The notes under the pieces are model-generated. The model ran no database searches and was not told the DNA's origin. It saw nothing but the letters and a program-made list of their open reading frames with translations. This document shows positions 24,752 to 33,397 of a DNA stretch of 64,000 nucleotides, one piece after another; position 1 is the stretch's first letter; every line of letters begins with the position of its first letter. The stretch spans positions 64,001 through 128,000 of the forward strand of contig CAWEHK010000043.1 of assembly GCA_963808625.1 (NCBI GenBank), in the 5' to 3' direction. Made by a program: the position numbers and the translations under genes. This stretch comes from an uncultured delta proteobacterium (GTDB lineage Bacteria > Desulfobacterota > Syntrophobacteria > Syntrophobacterales > Syntrophobacteraceae).

Positions 24752-25218
24752 ACGCGGCGCAGGGTGTAATCAGAAGTGGGAGTAACCTTCGTCCCGAATG
24801 CCTGCTGCTGAGCCACATCGTCATTCCGGCATTCTTCTAGCCGGAATCCAGGACTGTTTAACCACTGCAGATGTACTCCTGGATTCCGGCTTAAAGCGTG
24901 CCGGAATGACGATTTGCGTATGTCCAAAGCTATTATTGTTGCGTTCAGATCTGTCACAACTCTCACTTCTAATTGCACCCACGCGGCGCAGGGTGTAATC
25001 AGAAGTGGGAGTAACCTTCGTCCCGAATGCCTGCTGCTGAGCCACTATCGTCATTCCGGCATTCTTTAGCCGGAATCCAGGGCTGCATAACCACTGCCCA
25101 TCTACTCCTGGATTCCGGCTTAAAGCGTGCCGGAATGACGATTTGCGTATGTCCAAAGCTATTATTGTTGCTTTCAGTAATGTCACAACTCTGACTTCCA
25201 TTCACACCCACGCGGCGC
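24752..25218. mobile_element. Tandem pair of ~220-bp MITE-like elements separated and flanked by ACGCGGCGC
   Basis: 229-bp period; TIR GGGTGTAATCAGAAGT / ACTTCTAATTGCACCC; 9-mer at 24752, 24981 and 25210. Confidence 0.8.
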
Positions 25219-25439
25219 CCGGATTCGCCGCTGGCACCTGGGGCCGAATCGTGGCTCAAAACGGGCCGCCGGTGTCCGGCGCGATATGCTGCATTTGTCC
25301 TTCTGAGAAGGACGAAAAGGATAAATTGCATCCCTGTGAGAAGGATAAATTGCGTCGCCTCATGCGGCAGAAAATCTCCGAAGCGGCAGACTGGCTTCAA
25401 GGGCGTACCCCAGGTCCCTGGTAATGATAACAGCACCGA

Positions 25440-25462
25440 CCAGAGGGGGACACCCCCTCTGG
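25440..25462 (-). promoter_or_regulatory. Perfect GC-rich hairpin downstream of VR1 (candidate DGR target-recognition hairpin)
   Basis: CCAGAGGGGG-ACA-CCCCCTCTGG, 10-bp stem. Confidence 0.6.
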
Positions 25463-25554
25463 ACTCCCCCGCGTCTCCTCGGACATCCCGCGTGCTCATG
25501 GGGCCACTCCCGGAGCCGAACATCAGAGTTTCAGAGACCCAGAGTCCAGAGTTT

Positions 25555-28500
25555 TCAGAGTTCAGAGGTGGAGGGAGGGGACGCCACCACCCGAAACCCG
25601 ATATTCCTGAGCCTGAGGTCCGGGAGGTTCCCGCCGCGGGCCGCACAGCGCACAAAGTCCGCATTGATGCCGAACGCGCCGCCGCGCAACACACGGCGAA
25701 CCTCCCTCGAAGCATCCAGGTTCTCCCTCCCGTCCCTTGCATCGTAAGGATACTTAAACTCCGGCGTCTCCCAGTCCTTACCCCACAAACTCCGGGTCCA
25801 CTCCCACACGTTGCCGCTCATATCCTCCACCCCATAGGGGCTGGCACCTTTAGGAAAACATCCCACCGCACTGGTGGAACCGATTCCCGTATCATCATAG
25901 TTCGCCCGGTCACGATCAAGCTCTTGTCCCCAGGGGTAGGTGCGACCGTCCGTTCCCCGCGCCGCCTTCTCCCATTCCGCTTCGCTGGGGAGGCGAACTT
26001 CCCAGGCGTCACCCAGTCTCTTCGCCCTTCGGAGCTCCTCGGTCAACCACCTGGTAAAGGCCAGGGCCTCATACCAGGTGATGCCAACCACCGGGTGGTT
26101 AGACAGGCTGAATGGTTCCCCATAATCTTCCGGGTGCATCCGTGACTGAATCATGCCATTTTTCCACACCCCTTCCCTCTTGGCCTCACGCCAGTATTCC
26201 TCGATCCGGTACCCGTCCGCATCCACAAAAGCCTGGAATTGACCGTTGGTCACGGGATATCGGGAAATCTTGTAAGCATAGGGGATATCGAATTCATATC
26301 CCTTGTCGTCTCCCATGGTGAATGGACCGGCGGGCACCTCGCACCAGGCAATGTCGGGCAGCCCATCGGCACCAAGTCCCACGCCAAGGCGGAAGTCCCC
26401 AAACCGTGCCAAGGTGTTCGCCACATCCGAGCGCTCGACCGCCACCAGCGCGCCTGTTCCCACGAGGCCCGCAAGCCATTCTTTCACCCTCTCCAATAAG
26501 GGAGCATGGCGTGCTACGGCCTGGACGTCTTTCAGGCCGATCTCCAGCAGCGCTTCCCCGGCAAGGTGCGCCAGGCGGCAGTCGATCTCGGCAATGGCAC
26601 CGCCCGCAATGGCGTGCGGGCAAAGCGCCGCGGCCACCTCCACCGCCAGGTGGGTGACGCGTTTGAGGCGAGCCATCACCCCCACCGCCCAGAGCGTCAC
26701 CTGGCGCCACTGGGTATAGTTCTCGCGGGCCAAAGCGGCGGTAGCGTCCGGAAAGTCGGGCTGCACCGCCAGGTAACAGCCGGCCAGATACTCCTGGTAG
26801 CTGCGATGCGGAAAGGTGTAGACGCCCTTGCCGCGATCGATCAGCAGGCCGGCGCGGTGCTGGATGTCGGTAACAAGAAGCTTGGCGCGGTCCCAACTGC
26901 CCTCCAGGTAGTCCTTGAACACCCTCAGCAGCGTGGCCTCGTCGATATCGGCAGGACCCTGGGCACCCTTCTGCGCCAGGTGAACCTCGAAGGCCACCTG
27001 CTCCAACGCCGCTTCCAGCTTTTCCGAGCTCACCATCCGGTTGATGCTCGCCTCCGGCCCCAATCGGGCTTCCTGCCAGCGGACAAGCAACAGGCTGACC
27101 ATCTGCTCGTAAAGCTTGACGCGATCATCGGGCAGCCGGCCCCAGGAGAAGTGGAGGGAGGCCATCATGGCCAACTGGAGCGGATTTTCAGCCAGGGGCG
27201 CCAGGTCCGGTCGGCGCGACAGCCTCCCGTAGGCGCCGGGCCTCTTCCGCGGCTTCCGCCTCGCTCTTCCAGCCCAGGCGGCATACCTCCCCATACCAGC
27301 AATCGATGAACGCCGCGATCTGTTTTTGGTCGAAGGGCGCCAGCGTGTGCTCTTTGAAACGATCCAGTTGGCAGCACGCGTCCTGGTACGCGTACCCCCG
27401 ACAGGTCACGAGGTAGCGGTTTTCGGGGTGGTTGAAGGTGGCGGTGAAATCGGCCACCGCGTCACGGACGATCTGCCGCTGCGCGGGGTCGGCCACTTCG
27501 TCCAGGCCGTCCAGAAGGACCAGGACGCCGCCCTTCAGCAACTGTTGACGGAGGCCGGGTGCAAAGTCCGCCAGCTCCTGGCTGGCCAGGGTTTCGACGA
27601 TGAAATCCCAGAGGCCGGTGGCGGAGCCTCTGCAACGCTCGCTCTTGGCAAACTGGCGGAGCACCACCTGCACCGGCAGCAGCGGGCCGTGGGTCCACGC
27701 CGGCTGCAAGCGGTCCAACCAGCCGTCGCCAGGAAGCCATCCGGGCTCGCCCGCCTCCTCCAGCCGGGCGCCGGCCAGGCACAAGGCCAGGTGGTTGGCA
27801 AAAGTGGATTTGCCGCTTCCAGGGTCGCCCAGAATCACCAGGTAAGGCTCACGGGCCGCGGCCTCGAGCGCGGGAAGCAGCCGGCTCTCGCGTTCTTCCC
27901 GGATCATGGCCTCCGACGGGCGCGGTGAAATTTCGCCTTCGGCTTCCAGTTTTTCACCGGCCACTTGGGTGCGCGTGTTGAGCGCGACGTAGATTTTGAG
28001 CAGGTCCAGGGTCTGTTGGCGAACACGTTCCACGGCACGGGGGTCGATCACTGCCAGAGGCAAAGCGTTGGCCGTCGCCTGGAGGCGGCGCAGGTAATTC
28101 GCTTCCAAACGGGCCAATTCGATCTCTGAGACGGCGGGTTGGAGAGCCACCGGGGGACGGCCTTTCCTCGCCGGTTTGCCGCCGGGCAATGGGAGCGGGA
28201 AGCGGAACTCCCCCTTGTCCACGTTGCGGTACGTCAGCGTGTCTCGGGCCCAAAAACCACCCTGGTGGTCGCTGTAAGTCCGCAGGATGACGACGCCCTC
28301 ACCAGCCTCCAGATCGAGCCTCACCCAGTTGTATCCGTTCGGATAGTCGGCGGCTCTCATAGCCGGCGCCGGCGGCGATGATCATGGCCCCGGCATCGGG
28401 TGTTTTCAGGCTGAGCAGCCCGGTGCGGTGCAAGTGTCCGTGCAGGATGAAGCGACAACTGCCCATCAGGAGCGCTTCGCACTCTTCCCGGTCAAACTCG

Positions 28501-29163
28501 CACAGCCAGTCGAAAGGATGATGCAGCAGAGTGATACTCAGATCGGCACCTTGGGCGCAGAGCGATCGCCTGCCTTACCTGGCGCTCGCCAATTACCAGG
28601 CGGCCTCGATCCTCGTCTCCTCCCCGGGCCAGCCAGGCCGAGCTCAGCGCCAGGACAGCAAGCCGCCGGCCGGCGACGTCGAACGATTGTACCACGAAGG
28701 GAGCTTCATCCGTGAACGACCGGTCCGGGCTGAAATAGTCGTTTACAAACCGTGCATACGCGTCAAGGCGCTGAAAGAGCACGCGTCGGTCCGTATCGGC
28801 CGCCAGCACTTCGGCAACCGCCTCCCGGCTGTCCAGCGCCGACGCAATAGCCGATGCGCCCCTGGTGATGGCGGCCCGGTCCACGTCGTGGTTGCCCGGT
28901 GCAACGAACAGGCGGGTCCTGGGCACGGCGGTGACCTGCAACAACTCATCGAAGAACTGCCTCGCGAGCTCGTACTCCTCAGCTTTGCCGCTGAAAGCAA
29001 TGTCCCCGGTGATCGCGATGAAGTCGGGGCGCAAGTGGTCTTCCGTAATCCGGGTCTCCACATCGTCCACCAGTTTGCGCAGCACGATGTCACGATCCCA
29101 GGTGTGCCCCTCGCCGGCACGGAAGTGGAGGTCGGAGAGGTGAAGCCAGGTTATTGTGGACAT
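25555..29163 (-). CDS. DGR target 1: metallophosphoesterase - NACHT - FGE-sulfatase/CLec protein (about 1200 aa, at least 3 frameshifts)
   Basis: WLHLSDLH, TGD, PGNHD and ILHGHLH (calcineurin-like); ILGDPGSGKST and LLDGLDEV; VPAGPFTMG, YPVTN, RLPSEAEWEKAARG, DMSGNVWEW and RVLRGG...GFRVV. Confidence 0.88.
25579..25698 (-). repeat. DGR variable repeat VR1
   Basis: 120-bp ungapped match to TR; 16 mismatches, all at TR adenines on the coding strand. Confidence 0.97.
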
Positions 29164-29236
29164 GCGAGAGCCTCCGTATCAGGTTAACGTCGATTTGTGC
29201 GCTCACAGGAGGGCGGGTTTTCCAACCCGCCGAACT

Positions 29237-30487
29237 TTACATGCAAATTCCTATACGATCGAGTAAGACCTCTGCTACGAAAAGTTCTTTTATAGGTCTT
29301 CGGGTGTGCTGAGGCGACACGAACGACTGCGGATAAGCTCTCAAAGGTGACCTCACGCGAAGGCGCGAAGACGCAAAGCGAAGCAAGAAACCTTCTTTCG
29401 GCTCTTTTTGCTTCGCAACAGATTTACCGCTCGACTCACCGCTACCCCTCCTCCTGCTCAATGGTACACTCAGTACCGCCTTCCGCAATCCCACGGTATT
29501 CCCGTAGCGGGCATGATTGACCCAGCCCTTGACGCTTTCGGTAACACGCTCCAGGGGTAATTCTCCAGCCTTAAATGACGCGATGAGTCGCTTCAGCCTC
29601 CGCCGGTAGAACATCCCTTTCCTGCGCTTCAAACGACGCCGGTCAGGGTACACCAGAAAGCCCAGGAAGGGAAAACCTTCGTCTACCGGTCGCGGATGAG
29701 CACCTTGATGAATCGTTACACGCAAACGAGCCAGCCTGGCTTCTGCGCCCTGCTTCCAATCCCAGAGCGTCGGCTTGTCGTCGGCAAAAAGAAGGAAATC
29801 GTCCACGTAACGCACGTAGGCCTTGCACCGCAGTTCTCGCTTCACAAAGTGGTCGAACGGGTTGAGATAGCAATTCGCCCAGAACTGGCTGGTGAGGTTC
29901 CCGATGGGCAAGCCTCGTGGTCGGTTTATGGCCATGAGATCATCGCCGGCGAAATAGACCATGTCATAGTGTTCGCTCAGCACCCCGATGCCGCTTTCCA
30001 AAATGAGGCCGATCAGCCAGAGCACGTCCCTATCAGTGAGCTTTCGAGCAAGAATGGTCCGGAGGATCGCATGATCGATACTCGGAAAGAACTGGCGGAC
30101 ATCACCCTGGAGGACATACCGATATTGACGCGCCAGTTTCTGTGCCCGGTTGAGGGCCCGATGCGTGCCTTTGCCCACCCGGTTTGCGTAGGAGTCGGCG
30201 ATAAAGGTGCGCTCAAAGACCGGTTCGATGAGGTTGCACAGGGCATGATGGACCACCCGGTCCCGGAACGGCGCCGCCGAAATCAGGCGGCGTTTGGGCT
30301 CATGGATCGTGAAACTGGTGTAGGGGCCGGGCCGGTAGACCTTCGAGCTCAGCTCCTCGCGCAGCTCCAGGAGATTGTCTTCGAGGCGATATTCAAAGGC
30401 TGCCACATTGGGGTGCCCGCGCTTCCCGGTGGCTGCCCGCCGAAACGCAAGGAGCAGATTCTCAAATGAACAGAGCTCATCGAACAT
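29237..30487 (-). CDS. DGR-type reverse transcriptase
   Basis: EPKRRLISAAPFRDRVVHHA, GKGTH, DVRQFFPSIDH, GLPIGNLTSQFWAN, YVRYVDDF and FLGF. Intact ORF. Confidence 0.97.
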   Translation of the reverse strand: MFDELCSFENLLLAFRRAATGKRGHPNVAAFEYRLEDNLLELREELSSKVYRPGPYTSFTIHEPKRRLISAAPFRDRVVHHALCNLIEPVFERTFIADSYANRVGKGTHRALNRAQKLARQYRYVLQGDVRQFFPSIDHAILRTILARKLTDRDVLWLIGLILESGIGVLSEHYDMVYFAGDDLMAINRPRGLPIGNLTSQFWANCYLNPFDHFVKRELRCKAYVRYVDDFLLFADDKPTLWDWKQGAEARLARLRVTIHQGAHPRPVDEGFPFLGFLVYPDRRRLKRRKGMFYRRRLKRLIASFKAGELPLERVTESVKGWVNHARYGNTVGLRKAVLSVPLSRRRGSGESSGKSVAKQKEPKEGFLLRFASSRLRVRSPLRAYPQSFVSPQHTRRPIKELFVAEVLLDRIGICM

Positions 30488-30549
30488 GGCAAGCCATCTC
30501 AAAAAAAGATGATCCTGCACCAGGGTCAGGGGACCAAGGGTGCAGGATC

Positions 30550-30683
30550 GTTGTTATTCGCCCGGCCCGGTCTGACCCGAGCGCGGCCGGGAACAGACTC
30601 CGCTATTTTTCGCCTCGGCCCGAAAGGGAGGAAGCCCCGTCGGGCAATCCCGGCAGGAACGCCGTTCCCGCTGCGAAAATTGT
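30550..30683 (-). ncRNA. Structured spacer 3' of TR (part of the presumed DGR template RNA)
   Basis: Non-coding GC-rich stems between TR and RT, e.g. CCCGGCC...GGCCGGG at about 30560-30590. Role inferred from position. Confidence 0.5.
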
Positions 30684-30803
30684 GGACGCCACCACCCGAA
30701 ACCCGATATTCCTGTTCCTGTTGTTCGGGTTGTTCCTGTTGCGGGCCGCACAGCGCACATTGTTCGCATTGTTGTTGAACGCGCCGCCGCGCAACACACG
30801 GCG
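30684..30803 (-). repeat. DGR template repeat (TR)
   Basis: Translates as [40 protein letters not shown] with 12 AAY codons and 28 adenines; lies between avd and RT. Confidence 0.97.
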
Positions 30804-30862
30804 TTTCCGAGTCTGTCCCCGCAACACCGGGGCCCGCAGGCCCCGGTAATTGCCCTGTTTCT

Positions 30863-31180
30863 AAGTGCAGCGCCGCACAAACAACGTGTCACTAACCAGT
30901 TGATGCACAGAACGTCGGGTTTCAAGCTTCCTCATCGAATCACGGCATTGTGAACCGCAATCATGGTGAGGAACGAAACCCAACCTACGAGACTGACAAC
31001 TCGGACACTTTATTGTGCAGCGGTGAACTAGTCCAACAACGGTACATTGGTGAAACTCCAATCCGTGTGGCGAAAGGCTTTCCAGCCTGCCATGCCGAAG
31101 CGGCCAAAAGGCAGGCTGGAAAGCCTGCCCCACAGATTAAGGCCCCGAAGCGGAAACGCTCGTTTCTGAGAGCGTACTAA
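30863..31180. repeat. Two adjacent MITE/REP-like elements between TR and avd
   Basis: AGTGCAGCGCCGCACAA...TTGTGCAGCGGTGAACT with an internal GAGGAACGAAACCCAACCTAC (related to about 60583-60698), then an AGGCTTTCCAGCCTG REP. Confidence 0.6.
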
Positions 31181-31220
31181 GTTTGGTTCCAGGCAGATGA
31201 CGTAGGCAAAATGACGCCGG

Positions 31221-31574
31221 TCACCTCGGTTGTCGGGTCACTTTCTGCCAGCCGCCCAGTAACCGGCCGATTTCATTTGCCATGACCGCAACGTGTTCGT
31301 ATTGCCCCAGAGAGAGCCAGCCCCATCGTGCGGCCAGCCGCAGATACATGCGCATTTTTGCCAGGGCCTCATCGGCCAGGAGCAACTGCTCGATGCGGGC
31401 ATTGGCCTTCCGCAGGTTGGCTTCTTCCAGTCGTTCGCGCAGGTCGAAAGCCGCATCCAGCAGGCGCCGGGTGAACGTATGCCGGTGGGCTTTCGGAAAA
31501 TGATTCGTCGCGGGAAGCAGCCAGGTCAGCAGGTCGAAGGTGCGGGTAAAAATGGGCATTTCCTGTTGGCTCAT
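31221..31574 (-). CDS. avd: DGR accessory variability determinant
   Basis: 117-aa four-helix type: FPKAHRHTF...LRLA...QYE...EIGRLLGGWQK; AAGGAG RBS; upstream of TR and RT. Confidence 0.93.
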   Translation of the reverse strand: MSQQEMPIFTRTFDLLTWLLPATNHFPKAHRHTFTRRLLDAAFDLRERLEEANLRKANARIEQLLLADEALAKMRMYLRLAARWGWLSLGQYEHVAVMANEIGRLLGGWQKVTRQPR

Positions 31575-31843
31575 CGGCTCCTTTGCTCACATTATGCACT
31601 GGATGTCATTTCGAAGTGATCAACCATCCCTCGGCAATGCCACCGCAGGAATGCCTCCATAGGCACCACGCTACGGATTACCCGAGTTGAAGTTATGCCT
31701 GCGACTGGTTGCCCGTCGGGTGATGAGTGCCCTGAAAGGGCTTCATCACATAGCCCAGGGTCAGCAACAGCGCCACCCTGGGAGGGGAAAGCCAATCCCC
31801 TTTCCTTTACCCTGAAAGGGTTAGATAAATGGTTACCGTCGGT

Positions 31844-33168
31844 CAGTGGTGTCCGGTTAGGTTTTTGCAATTAAGCTGTCTCCTCGCTGCTCTTTGAAAT
31901 CCGAAGGAATCGGAGGTTTTTGTTGGGAATCGCGAAGCTCGTTCTGGATTCTTATGCGAGCTCTCTTACTCGCTTGATGCTGACCTTTTCCTGGTAGTGA
32001 TTATGACAATAGATGGCTAGCAGCAGATAGGTAATAAGTCCGGAGAGAATTTGCACCATCAACCCGTACTCTGTCCTTGCGATAAGGTGATAGACCTTCA
32101 GATGACGTTTCCACCAGGCAAAAAACTTCTCGATTTGCCAACGCAGTTTATAGATAAAAGCGATCTGCTCGGCAAAGAGATCATGGCGATCGGTAGCCAC
32201 CCAGTAGTCTACGTTATCGACACGGTATCCAACAAGGCGAACTTGCTTTTGTGTCTGGTTAATACCTGGAGTCCCGAGCAGAACGATAGCATCGTAGAAG
32301 ACGATGCTGTTGGTTGGGACCGAGTTCATTTGAATGCAAGTTTTCTTGGTATTTGCCTTGATACGGCAGACAAAGTGCTTGCCGTCGGTTTGCCATTGAT
32401 CAAAGCTTTTGTGGCACTGATAGCCCCGGTCCATGACACCAGTCTGGCCAGGTGAGAGGATCATGGCAACAAAGGGGCGCTCACCCTCCTTACCGTCGGT
32501 GAGAAAGATTTTGGAGGGAATACCACGATTGATGTCAAAGCCAACATGGACTTTAGCTTTCTTTGAACCGTCCCGGTAGTCAGCCCAGTACATAGAGAGG
32601 ACAGCCTGGATGAGCGAGCCGTCAATGCCCACCAGTTCACCAAGTTCGGTGTGCTGGGCGGGTAAAACATTAGAGGCTTGGTTCTGAAGTTGCTGGTACA
32701 CGTGACCAAGCTGTTCAAGACCGCGATTGTTAATGGCCTCGAAAAAACTGCTCTTCTGGATGCCATCGGGAGGCGCAATGTGATTGCGGGCGAAGTCATC
32801 CTCTTCAAGAGCCTGGATTAGATGCCGCCCAGAGGTGTGTTCCTCGAGATGAAAGTAAACCAATGCTTTGAGTTGTTGTTCGAAGTTCATCTGCAAGGGT
32901 CGGTTCCCTCTTGCCACCAGGGGATTAGCGGTAGCAAGGGTGATTTCAGTTGGTTTGAAGAGCTCATCAAAACTCGGCGTAGCGTACTTACGGTCGTAAG
33001 GGTGGAATGTCTTCGGCATTTTCGTAACTCCTTAGAAATATAGGATTTTCCGAAAATGGCCGCGACCCACACCTTAATTGAAATGTCAAGTAAAAAAGTG
33101 ACTCAACCTGTTGTTTTTTGACATTTTTTACACCTTATCATATGCAATTTCTTAACCGGACATCACTG
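31844..33168 (-). mobile_element. IS4-family insertion sequence, copy 2 (1325 bp)
   Basis: Same TIRs as copy 1; 9-bp TSD ACCGTCGGT at 31835-31843 and 33169-33177. Confidence 0.95.
31857..33019 (-). CDS. IS4-family transposase (1-nt deletion near 31957 truncates the ORF to 355 aa)
   Basis: Protein identical to copy 1 up to RVREL. Confidence 0.9.
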
Positions 33169-33397
33169 ACCGTCGGTATGATTTATGTAACCCCTTCAGG
33201 GTAGATATCCTTATTGCGCCCGGTTCCCAGGGTGGCGCTATCGCTGACCCTGGGCTCATTTATGGAGCCCCTTCAGGGCAAAAAAGACAGCTTGATGCCT
33301 ATGCGGACACCCCCTTTGGACTCCCCCGCCCATTCTCGCACAAGTTCCATCACTCGTGTTCAAGATTACATTTTCCAGGATCCAGAGTCCAGAGTTT

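Noticed and set aside
24752..25218. CRISPR-like repeat-spacer array
   Set aside because: The repeats are only 9 bp, the intervening units are near-identical, and no cas genes are present.
29237..30487. Group II intron or retron interpretation of the RT
   Set aside because: GNLTSQ motif, adjacent avd and a TR/VR set with adenine-specific mismatches identify a DGR.
30603..30827. 74-aa Asn-rich ORF
   Set aside because: It is the translation of the template repeat, not a likely protein.
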